Source: Methanopyrus kandleri AV19 (GTDB lineage Archaea; JAADCQ01; Methanopyri; Methanopyrales; Methanopyraceae). From it: 32,000 nt of DNA. How positions within the stretch are numbered: position 1 is the first letter of the stretch; each line of letters begins with the position of its first letter. Under the pieces are notes generated by a model. That model was given only the letters and a program-made list of their open reading frames with translations, was not told where the DNA came from and did not search any database. Where the stretch lies: contig NC_003551.1 in NCBI RefSeq assembly GCF_000007185.1, positions 60,001 through 92,000 of the forward strand. The letters run 5' to 3'. Below, piece after piece: positions 1-8,132 of this stretch. A program made the translations under genes and the position numbers.

Positions 1-720
1 GCGTCATTAGCACCGGACTTCGCCACAGCGGCCTACAACGACCGGTACTCGGACTTGAGGTACGTGGATTACCGGTGGGCCCACGATCCCACGCACGTTT
101 ACGATTACGCATCTGTGATAGTTGAGCGGACGACATCCAGGACGCTTCAGGGGGTCGACGAGAAGGTGGCCCTATGGTGTGCGGAAACGGGTATTGCCAG
201 TCATCTTCTCTTAGACCTTTACACACATGTCAAGACATCGCCGATTAAGGAATGGAGGGAACAAGCCGGCATCAGGACGGTGCTCCAGGAGTTTTACTAC
301 CCATGGCAGGAGAACGCGGTGGAGTTCGCACGTTGGGCACTGGGACGGGCTATTCGGGTGTTCGGTAACCCGGACGAGTTCTGGCGGTACGTAGACGGGG
401 CATGCGCGGTCGCGGAACAGCTCATGGGCGACTACGTCATCAGCGCTTACCTCAGGAGGCTATCGGAACGCTACTTCGGAGATCCCGACTTGCACCTGGC
501 CGACTGGTTGAGATGGTTCTATCGAAATTACGGTTGGGAAGAAAACGCCACGGACGCGTTCATTATCGATGGTGTAAGAATTCCGGCCGATCCGGTGGAA
601 CTTTTGTCGTGGATTAGTCAGTGGGATCCGCGGGTAGTCCCCATGCGGCCACCTCAGTCGGGCGGTGGTGGGTCGTTGCTCTTACCGGTGTTCCCGGTAC
701 CGCCGGTACGCCGGCGCTAG
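1..720 (+). CDS. Partial CDS (5' end outside window); putative zinc-dependent phospholipase C/nuclease-like alpha-helical protein
   Basis: Frame 1 is open from base 1 (ASLAPDFATAAYNDRYSDLRYVDYRW...). His-rich motif GIASHLLLDLYTHVKTSP resembles metal-binding helices of PLC-like proteins. Low-complexity Pro/Gly/Arg C-terminus. Confidence 0.4.
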   Translation, partial: ASLAPDFATAAYNDRYSDLRYVDYRWAHDPTHVYDYASVIVERTTSRTLQGVDEKVALWCAETGIASHLLLDLYTHVKTSPIKEWREQAGIRTVLQEFYYPWQENAVEFARWALGRAIRVFGNPDEFWRYVDGACAVAEQLMGDYVISAYLRRLSERYFGDPDLHLADWLRWFYRNYGWEENATDAFIIDGVRIPADPVELLSWISQWDPRVVPMRPPQSGGGGSLLLPVFPVPPVRRR

Positions 721-1100
721 CCCGGCACCCAGATGTATTTCTTACCGGCCTTGTACACCGCACCGCCGAGCTTCTTCATGTGACCGAGTTGTGCACCACC
801 GCGTTTCGCCCTAGCGACCTCCTTGAACTGCTCCACTTTGAGTCCGGAAGGGGTGCGGTAGATCTTCGTGACGGTAACCTTACCCGTGGTAGTCTTGGTG
901 ATGATAGTGGCCTCCGACGTTTTCGGACTGAGGATCTTGGTGAGACCGTAGCTGGAGGACATGGTGATGATGAACGCTAGGGCGAAAACCATCGCCGCGT
1001 CGAACAGGTTGGCGACACCGGTCAGTGGGTCGTCATCGTTGTCACCGCCGTCCAGGAACCTCCTACGACGCCGTCGTCTCAGATACCGGGGCAACGTCAT
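717..1100 (-). CDS. DUF2149-like small membrane protein (possible ExbD/TolR-like partner)
   Basis: Single N-terminal TM (LFDAAMVFALAFIITM) preceded by basic/acidic segment and DPLTGVANLFD motif; start overlaps the stop of the TolQ/ExbB-like gene. Confidence 0.7.
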   Translation of the reverse strand: MTLPRYLRRRRRRRFLDGGDNDDDPLTGVANLFDAAMVFALAFIITMSSSYGLTKILSPKTSEATIITKTTTGKVTVTKIYRTPSGLKVEQFKEVARAKRGGAQLGHMKKLGGAVYKAGKKYIWVPG

Positions 1101-1705
1101 CCCCCGAACTCGCGTTGGAGTATAGTCTCAGCCAGGAATTCGAGATCCGAGACGTCCTTTCGGTACCATCTAGATCTGAACAATGTGATCACGTAACAAG
1201 CTCCAGCGGATGCCAGACCGACTACCGTGGTCGCGAACGCCGTGATCAGAGACGTCGCTAAGCCCGCGATGTTACCTTTAGCCAGCTGCTCCAATCCCGG
1301 TCCCAAGGGGATCAGCGTCCCCATCAGTCCCAACATGGGACCTAGACGCACGACAATCCTCGTCCTACTGACTTTGCTAGCCAGGAAGTTTTCGAGGTTC
1401 TCCAGCTCCTTTTCGACCTTCAAACTGGCCTCGTCCGCCGAATCGGACTTTTCGACGATCTTCTCGACTCTCCTCAGGAACTCCGAGAAGTGGGGAGGAA
1501 GTCGCTTCACGTCCGGAAACTTATCTGCGATCTGTTCGAGATCCTTCCTGGTAAACCTGGGCCGGTAGGCCACCTCACGGAGGAATATAGCCAGCTCCAT
1601 CAGAGAGTAAGCCAAGAACAGCAGCAACAGTACTATCGTCGGGTAAAACAACAGCTCCATTACCACGTACAGAGCCTGAGTTATCGCCGTCGCGATGCTA
1701 ACCAT
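1097..1705 (-). CDS. MotA/TolQ/ExbB proton channel family protein
   Basis: TM topology and motif VVRLGPMLGLMGTLIPLGPGLEQLAKGNIAGLATSLITAFATTVVGLASAGACYVI typical of ExbB/TolQ. Confidence 0.85.
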   Translation of the reverse strand: MVSIATAITQALYVVMELLFYPTIVLLLLFLAYSLMELAIFLREVAYRPRFTRKDLEQIADKFPDVKRLPPHFSEFLRRVEKIVEKSDSADEASLKVEKELENLENFLASKVSRTRIVVRLGPMLGLMGTLIPLGPGLEQLAKGNIAGLATSLITAFATTVVGLASAGACYVITLFRSRWYRKDVSDLEFLAETILQREFGG

Positions 1706-2895
1706 TCGATCACCGCCCTGATGATATCGTCGATCGGGTTATCCGGTGGGTAGTTTCCTCGTGAAGCCTTGCGCACCGCCCATAGGTACCCGAACGCCAT
1801 CAAAGCCAGGAACAGTAACGCCCATGGGCCTATTTTCGAAGGGCTCGGAAGGGCCAGCTTGAGTTTAGGTGCTCGCTTCCATAACGGATAGGCCCACGCG
1901 ATAATCCCCGTGATCACGAAAAGGAGTCCTACTAAGTTCTCGAGGCCACTAAGGGCCACGGCCGGGGGAACTTTGAGGACCTCGATAACCGCATCGGCGA
2001 CGATCAAGGTGGCGTACGCCGTCGAAACGAAGCAAGTCCAGAGTACCAAGGCGGCTTGGGTGACGTTAAGGGCGCCTATCTCGGCGTACATGGCGATCGA
2101 TAGGGCCACTCCGGTCAGGCAGATCGGACACGGAACGGCCACGACGAATGCTCCTAGCTTAGAGAGATCCTTCGCTGAACCTTCTACCGCCCACTTACGG
2201 GCTATGAATATTCCCAATCCGATGAGAAACAACCCCAGCAAGGCGTGACCGAGGAGAGCGTACCTCTGCATGGCGAGCGCCGTTTTCATGAACTTGGAAA
2301 CCAGGTGACTCAGGCCTATTATCGCCGGTATTAGTATCCCGGAAAGCGCTGCGATAACCATCGCCCCACGACGTAACTGGAAGCCCGCGAACCCTATTCC
2401 TAACCCCGTCTTCAACCCCACGATGAACACGAAGAACGCTATCGCAAGCGCGTAGATCGGGTTATCGGCGAAGGCCGGAACGATCATCCACGAGGTCAGC
2501 GCGGCTACGATCACCGAAGATGTCACGGCGAGGAGGGTGACTATTTTGAAGGGTGATACGCCGAGATCACGTGAGATGCGATAAGATGGATACACCAGAG
2601 CGACGGAGGACGCCGCGATAGCCCCGGCGGTCACGTCGAGAAGGCCGACGAGGAGGGCGACTCCGGAAAGCGCTGTCCCTTCCAACACGGTGCGAATGAC
2701 CTCACGGCGCTTTTTACGGGCCCCTAACACGCGTGTCAGCATTACCCCTGTGCCGACTCCGATGGCGGCCGCGGCCATCCCGTAAACGGCCCCGTAGGTT
2801 AGGGCTTCCGACACACCGACGGAGTGGTACCTGAGCATTAGTGCCGCGCTGGCACCTAGATAGGTGGTGAAGGCCGCGATCACACCGTGGAACAC
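1681..2895 (-). CDS. DUF2162-like multi-pass membrane protein, predicted transporter
   Basis: About 10 predicted TM segments, motif VAVPCPICLTGVALSIAMY, adjacent to the ExbB-like and DUF2149-like genes. Confidence 0.65.
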   Translation of the reverse strand: MFHGVIAAFTTYLGASAALMLRYHSVGVSEALTYGAVYGMAAAAIGVGTGVMLTRVLGARKKRREVIRTVLEGTALSGVALLVGLLDVTAGAIAASSVALVYPSYRISRDLGVSPFKIVTLLAVTSSVIVAALTSWMIVPAFADNPIYALAIAFFVFIVGLKTGLGIGFAGFQLRRGAMVIAALSGILIPAIIGLSHLVSKFMKTALAMQRYALLGHALLGLFLIGLGIFIARKWAVEGSAKDLSKLGAFVVAVPCPICLTGVALSIAMYAEIGALNVTQAALVLWTCFVSTAYATLIVADAVIEVLKVPPAVALSGLENLVGLLFVITGIIAWAYPLWKRAPKLKLALPSPSKIGPWALLFLALMAFGYLWAVRKASRGNYPPDNPIDDIIRAVIEWLASRRR

Positions 2896-2909
2896 CCGTC
2901 ATTCCCCCG

Positions 2910-3566
2910 TCAGGGGCCGAATGCGCCGACCAGAGGGAATAGGATGTTAAACGGAGGTAAGTAAAGTAAGTTTTCTGACAACTCATAGTACTTGAACTTA
3001 GGCAGCTTCGAAGTGATCTCCTGAACCAGCCACCGCTTCCGTTCAGTGAGCGTCCGCAGTACCGGAGTTAAAGCATCGATTTCGCGCAGGTCGTCCGTGA
3101 CCCCGGGCGCACGCTTCTCAACACGGTCTTCGGCACGGTGTAGCGCTGAAAGAGCCCGCGAGACGTTCCTCTCAGCTCGATCGAGACCGGTAACACCTTT
3201 CGCCCTCGCCTTCCGGATTTTCAGCCGAGCGAGCTCGAGTTTGTGCTCAGCACTGCGGATAGCGGAAAGCAACTCCAACCGGTCTCGTCCCGGATCATTC
3301 CCAACACGGAGCGTGTTATCGTACAAGGCAGCCTTGTAGGCCAAATACGGCGATGAGGCGAGTACGGTAGCAACATCTTTAGTAGCTCCGTCGATGTCAC
3401 TAACAGCGGACTGTAGTCTCTCCATGCGGAGATACTTCTGGAATCGGTGGTCGAACGATCCATGAACGAGTGCCGGGGATATCACGAGGGTGGCCACGAG
3501 CGCTGCTGTCACCTTCCATCGCAACGCCGCTACCCCTCGTGTTACCCCGTGGCTGCCACGTAACAA
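2910..3566 (-). CDS. Hypothetical exported coiled-coil protein
   Basis: N-terminal signal-like segment (WKVTAALVATLVISPALVHG), long charged helical region with leucine/arginine heptad-like character, hydrophobic C-terminus. Confidence 0.6.
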   Translation of the reverse strand: MLRGSHGVTRGVAALRWKVTAALVATLVISPALVHGSFDHRFQKYLRMERLQSAVSDIDGATKDVATVLASSPYLAYKAALYDNTLRVGNDPGRDRLELLSAIRSAEHKLELARLKIRKARAKGVTGLDRAERNVSRALSALHRAEDRVEKRAPGVTDDLREIDALTPVLRTLTERKRWLVQEITSKLPKFKYYELSENLLYLPPFNILFPLVGAFGP

Positions 3567-3591
3567 GCTATAATCGTTTTGCGGTATCGGG

Positions 3592-3867
3592 TTATGTGTG
3601 GGCGTGGACGTAGATCCAGCTGTTGTTACCCTCGTCGGTGTGCTCAGTCACGGTGTAGCCGACGGTCCCGTAATACAGGGCCGTGAGTAACTTACCGACT
3701 TTCCGCTCGACTCGATCTCCCTCGTCTAGGATGTGCTCGTCGTCGAAAAGCACGTCAAACCACAGGAGGAGCTCGTCGTAAGCCACTGTCTGAGCGTACT
3801 CGCCCATTCCCAGGAACAACCGCCCGTCTTGGAACATTTCCGTTACTATCTCGCCTATCCTACTCAC
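3592..3867 (-). CDS. Hypothetical small protein
   Basis: Complete ORF, same strand as neighbours, short overlap with the ORF at 3864. Confidence 0.45.
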   Translation of the reverse strand: MSRIGEIVTEMFQDGRLFLGMGEYAQTVAYDELLLWFDVLFDDEHILDEGDRVERKVGKLLTALYYGTVGYTVTEHTDEGNNSWIYVHAHT

Positions 3868-6137
3868 CCCCTGGCACGTCCGGGTGCTAAGCGGACCAGG
3901 TCTAAGTAGGAAGCCACTTCGCGCAGATTGTTCGGCTTTATCAGTGCGCCGCTTCTCTTGACGTGCTCAATGAACCTGCGGTACGTCGGATGGCTGGAAA
4001 GCGTGCCGGAATCTCCGATACAAATGAGTTTCCGCCTAGGCCTGGTGATCGCGACGTTCAGTCTCCTCATGTCCCTTAGGAACCCTACTTCACCCTTAGG
4101 ATTGCTTCGGACGAAGGACACGATCACGGCTTCCTTCTCTCGACCCTGGAACCCGTCGACTGTGTTCACCTCGACGTCGCCGAGCCCGAGTTCGTCGAGG
4201 GACTTCGAAATCAGGTCCACTTGGTCGTCGTACGGACTGATCACGGCTAGATCCTCCTGAGACAACCCCTGCCGAACCAGTTGTTCCGACAGAAAGGCGA
4301 CTATCGCGGCTTCCATCGGATTTTCACGGGATTTGGATCCGGGACGGCGTCGCTCCCTCCGCAAACGCTCGGGTAAGCGCGAGGTGTCCACGAACCCCAG
4401 CGGCTCCTTGGGGTGTAGGACGTCAGCCCAGGGTCTGCCGACTTCGGGATCGCCGACACCTAAGTCCTCGAGCGTGTGACGACGGACGCTCGAGTGGGCC
4501 TCGAGCTTCCCGTTGTAAAACTCTCGGTTCGGGAATTCCATGATGTTCTCGTGCATCCTGTACTGCACTCTCAGCATCCTGGAGAGCTTCGGGTGCTTTT
4601 CGATCAAACGCTCGAAGAGCGTGCGAGAGAGCTCCGGCTGGGCCTCTTCACTGAGGATGGTCGGGGGCAACTGCTTGTGATCCCCGGCCATGATGAACCT
4701 CTTGGCCCGAGAGATCGGAATGAGCGCTGAAGGTTCCGTGGCTTGCGATCCTTCGTCGACTACGGCGACGTCGAACTCGATATCTTCGAGGAACTCCAGC
4801 CCTGCACTGGCGTTCGTAGTGACCACGACTTCAGCCTCCTCTAGTACTTCCCGGACGGCACGCTCTTCCAGTCGCTCCGCCTCCTCGAAGAGTTTCTGGA
4901 CTTTCCTGTTGATGTGGATCCACTTAGCCATGCTCTGAATTACGCGTGGTGGGACCCCGCGGGCTCCCTTGCCTTCCCTCGCAAGGTAGAGTATGGTCTC
5001 GTCGGACATCCCCCGACGCCACCTCGGCACCGGGCGCTGGTACCGGTCACGCTTCTCGATGAGCCTGTAAGCGCGCTCCCGGAGACGCTCCGCCTTCCTG
5101 TACAGTGGGTGGTTTTCCACGATCGCGCTAAGTGTCCGCTCCTTCAGTTTCTTGGAGACACGGGCCGGATGTCCGACCCTAACGGCCTCCACACCACGCT
5201 CTACCAGATATTCCAGGATGTTGTCCGCTGCGACGTTGGACTCGGCCGTCGCGAGGACCTTGTTACCACGCCGGACCTCTTGAACGATCACCTCGGTGAT
5301 TGTCCGGGTCTTACCAGTACCCGGAGGGCCGTGAATTAGGAAGAAATCCGGCGCCCCTAGTGCGTGTTCTACGGCCTCCCGTTGGGAATAGTTGAGGTCA
5401 GTATCGACGAAGTCCACGTCTATAGGCTCCGCGTCGCTCGGATTCTTAAGTCCGATGATCGTGTTCCTGAGTTCTCGGAGTCTACCCTCAGCGTGTCTGA
5501 TCCGTTCTAGCGCCTCCATCATACGCTGGAAAGTTACATCGTTAGCGTATAGGTCGATCCTGATCCCCTTACCCACGGCCCACTTGGGTGGAGGACTGTC
5601 GAAAGCCACCGTAATCGAGCGCTTGGTCTTCTCCACGACGGTTCCCGTGAGATCGCTCTTCAGTGGATCGCCGCGACTCACGAGGACCAGATCGCCCACG
5701 GATATTTGCGTATCTATCTCTTTAGACCGGCCGTACTTCACCAGGTAGTAACCTCCGACCTCCCGACCTGCCCTCGTACCGCGCAGACCGAGTACTGCCC
5801 TCCCCTTCTTTTCACGCTCCTTGCCTGAGAGTTTCCTGATTTCCTCTTCCATCGCCTTCATCTCGGCTTCCCGCTCCAGCTGGACTAGCCTCTGGAACCT
5901 CTTGACGTAGGCGTCTACTACCTTGATCTCCTCCGATTCCTCCCTCGTAGGCTCCCTCACGTCAGCATGTCTTAGGAGACGCTGAGCCGCACGAGGCTCG
6001 ACTCGGCACAGCGCGGCTCGGTTGGCCAGCCAGATTTTACCGACTTCGTGGGGCCTCACACCGCGTGAGAATAGCGTATCCAGAACGTCTTTCGGAGAGT
6101 CCCCCGGACTAAACCCTTCGATCAACACTTCCTTCAT
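3864..6137 (-). CDS. UPF1/SMUBP2 (IGHMBP2)-like superfamily I DNA/RNA helicase
   Basis: Walker A GPPGTGKTRT; motif II VVDEGSQATEP; AGDHKQLPP; YRMHENIMEFPN; VDGFQGREKEAVIVSFVRSN; VAITRPRRKLICIGD. The ORF extends to 6227, but MKEVLIEGFS is the likely start, leaving space for the divergent neighbour. Confidence 0.92.
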   Translation of the reverse strand: MKEVLIEGFSPGDSPKDVLDTLFSRGVRPHEVGKIWLANRAALCRVEPRAAQRLLRHADVREPTREESEEIKVVDAYVKRFQRLVQLEREAEMKAMEEEIRKLSGKEREKKGRAVLGLRGTRAGREVGGYYLVKYGRSKEIDTQISVGDLVLVSRGDPLKSDLTGTVVEKTKRSITVAFDSPPPKWAVGKGIRIDLYANDVTFQRMMEALERIRHAEGRLRELRNTIIGLKNPSDAEPIDVDFVDTDLNYSQREAVEHALGAPDFFLIHGPPGTGKTRTITEVIVQEVRRGNKVLATAESNVAADNILEYLVERGVEAVRVGHPARVSKKLKERTLSAIVENHPLYRKAERLRERAYRLIEKRDRYQRPVPRWRRGMSDETILYLAREGKGARGVPPRVIQSMAKWIHINRKVQKLFEEAERLEERAVREVLEEAEVVVTTNASAGLEFLEDIEFDVAVVDEGSQATEPSALIPISRAKRFIMAGDHKQLPPTILSEEAQPELSRTLFERLIEKHPKLSRMLRVQYRMHENIMEFPNREFYNGKLEAHSSVRRHTLEDLGVGDPEVGRPWADVLHPKEPLGFVDTSRLPERLRRERRRPGSKSRENPMEAAIVAFLSEQLVRQGLSQEDLAVISPYDDQVDLISKSLDELGLGDVEVNTVDGFQGREKEAVIVSFVRSNPKGEVGFLRDMRRLNVAITRPRRKLICIGDSGTLSSHPTYRRFIEHVKRSGALIKPNNLREVASYLDLVRLAPGRARG

Positions 6138-6183
6138 GGTTACACCCTCGGTGGACACTACATCCTCAGGGGGGCACCGTCCA

Positions 6184-6945
6184 GTGAGACCGTTTCTGAG
6201 CCGGCTGCGCGCCCTTATCTCGTACATAAAGAAAACGTACGATCGCGTTGCGGTAGCCTACTCCGGAGGTACTGATAGCTCGGTACTCCTGTACGCTGCT
6301 GTCAAGGCGTTAGGACGGAAAAACGTGGTCGCCTGCACGGCGTGTTTGCCGTACGTAGTGAACGTGTGTCCACCGACTCCTATGGATGTGAAGCAAATCA
6401 GGATCCGCCCCGACGTGGAGGATGTCCTCCGAGAGGGTAGAGACGAACACCCGTGTTACCTGTGCAAGCGGGCAATTTACGAAGCGATACACGAAACCAT
6501 CGGAGGTGTGGATGGAGTGCTGGACGGTACCAACGTCTCGGAATTAACCAGGGGCCGCCCTGGCCTCCGAGCGTTGTACGAACTCGACGTTGACGTCCCG
6601 ATGATCAAGTGTGGACTCGGTGATCAGACAACGTCCGTGCTCGCCGCCTACCTGAACCTCCGAGCACGCTCCGGAGCGTGCTCACTCGTACTGTCTCCGG
6701 AGTGGCCCGACGTCGAAGTGAACGACCCAGGAAAGCTGAACCGGACAGCCCGACTGCGCAAGCCACAGTCGGAAAGGTGGTCCCTTTCGGAGTGTCTGGA
6801 GTTCACGATCCATGCGCCGTTACCCGAAAGACGAAGGGAGAGATACGAGTGTGTCCGTCGAGGGGACGCGCTAGTGTTCCGAGTACTGAGTGGAAAAGTC
6901 ACCGAAGCCTTAGCTTCGTACTTCCGAGAGTGCTGGAACGTGTAA
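6184..6945 (+). CDS. LarE-like PP-loop ATP pyrophosphatase / sulfurtransferase family
   Basis: PP-loop VAVAYSGGTDSSVLLYAAVKALG; HPCYLCKRAIYEAI; DGTNVSELTRGRPGLRAL. In-frame GTG at 6184 is a better start than the ORF-track start at 6022, which would overlap the divergent helicase gene. Confidence 0.75.
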   Translation: MRPFLSRLRALISYIKKTYDRVAVAYSGGTDSSVLLYAAVKALGRKNVVACTACLPYVVNVCPPTPMDVKQIRIRPDVEDVLREGRDEHPCYLCKRAIYEAIHETIGGVDGVLDGTNVSELTRGRPGLRALYELDVDVPMIKCGLGDQTTSVLAAYLNLRARSGACSLVLSPEWPDVEVNDPGKLNRTARLRKPQSERWSLSECLEFTIHAPLPERRRERYECVRRGDALVFRVLSGKVTEALASYFRECWNV

Positions 6946-6956
6946 GAATTCGTACC

Positions 6957-8126
6957 TCACTCGATCGAGATGTCTATTATCAGAGGGTAAAACCGGGAAG
7001 ACTTAGCCTCGTTGAAGTCGGAGACTGGAAGAGGGGCTAGGATAGCCCGTTTCACGAACTCTACTAACACGGGTTCCACTTGAAACGTCCTGTGCACCTC
7101 GCCACCGACCATCGGGACTTGGTTCTCCAGAGTAGTGCGGAGGAGCTCACCGAGTTCTCTTGGATCTTCGGAGACTATCGGCACGATCTTGACCTTGATC
7201 TCAGACTCCAGGGTACGGACCACACGCTTGAACCGACGATCCTTGAGACAGCTTACCACGATGAGGTAATCGAGTTTCAGTTCCCGGAGGAACTTCCACT
7301 GGGTCCACTGGATAGCGTGCTTTCCACCGCGTGGGTCCCTCCATAACGGCTTCCCCTTGGTGAACTTCCAAAGATAAGAGAAGTCTAGTGCAGGAGCATC
7401 TAGCATCGACGATAGGTACACACCGTAGAGTGCGGAGATCGTGTCGGTGACTGCGACAGCGACTGGTGCTTGGTCCCAAAGCTCATCGGCAACCGCTGCC
7501 TCGACACCCCACGAGCACACGTTCGGCATTCGCTTCCAACCTCGAAGGGGTTCGGCTCCGACGTGACCGCTTTTGTATCCCATCACGGCGATCGATTCGG
7601 GTGCCAGAGACCGAAGCGCATCGGCGGAATACGGTGAGGCTACCTGATATCCCGAAGCCTTCGGGGGGAAACCCTCGAGAAGGTCGCTCGTCGGTCCCAC
7701 GGCGTTGTGAGAGGCTAAGAGGAGGGGGAGCCGGACCGCCGTGAGGTCTTCCAGTATCTTACGCGTCTTCCTGCGGAGGATTCCCGCTAGGCATAATGTC
7801 TTGCATATCTCGTACAGTGGGTACGCCACGACGGCCGCGGTGCCCTTCCTCGTAGAGTACATCTCCAGGAACGCCTCGGCGGAGACCCCGCTATGTTCCT
7901 CGGCCGATGATTCCTCATGAGATTCCCTCGACGGTTCTTCCTCCACTTCATCTTGTCTCGCCTTTTCCGAGCCCTCTTCCGTGCTGCGGGAGCTGCTCTC
8001 CATTGGTCCCCCGATAGTCTCCGCGACTGCTGTTGGATCTACTTCGGTCGCGTCGATCGTTTGCCTTATCTTCATCAGCCGGTCCCGTACGACCTTACTC
8101 TCTCGACGGAAGATCCTACCGATCAT
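6957..8126 (-). CDS. Hypothetical protein with acidic Ser/Glu-rich N-terminal linker
   Basis: Long intact ORF; residues of about 40-80 are low-complexity acidic, followed by an apparently globular domain. No family recognised. Confidence 0.7.
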   Translation of the reverse strand: MIGRIFRRESKVVRDRLMKIRQTIDATEVDPTAVAETIGGPMESSSRSTEEGSEKARQDEVEEEPSRESHEESSAEEHSGVSAEAFLEMYSTRKGTAAVVAYPLYEICKTLCLAGILRRKTRKILEDLTAVRLPLLLASHNAVGPTSDLLEGFPPKASGYQVASPYSADALRSLAPESIAVMGYKSGHVGAEPLRGWKRMPNVCSWGVEAAVADELWDQAPVAVAVTDTISALYGVYLSSMLDAPALDFSYLWKFTKGKPLWRDPRGGKHAIQWTQWKFLRELKLDYLIVVSCLKDRRFKRVVRTLESEIKVKIVPIVSEDPRELGELLRTTLENQVPMVGGEVHRTFQVEPVLVEFVKRAILAPLPVSDFNEAKSSRFYPLIIDISIE

Positions 8127-8132
8127 CCCGGT

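Noticed and set aside
402-1261. Extra ORFs 402..617, 621..980 and 1025..1261 on the + strand
   Set aside because: Out of frame with or antisense to better-supported genes, low-complexity Arg/Gly-rich products typical of spurious ORFs in GC-rich DNA.
3864-6137. Helicase as a Cas4/Dna2 or defence-associated helicase
   Set aside because: No fused nuclease motif and no nearby defence genes; sequence fits the UPF1/SMUBP2 housekeeping-like group.
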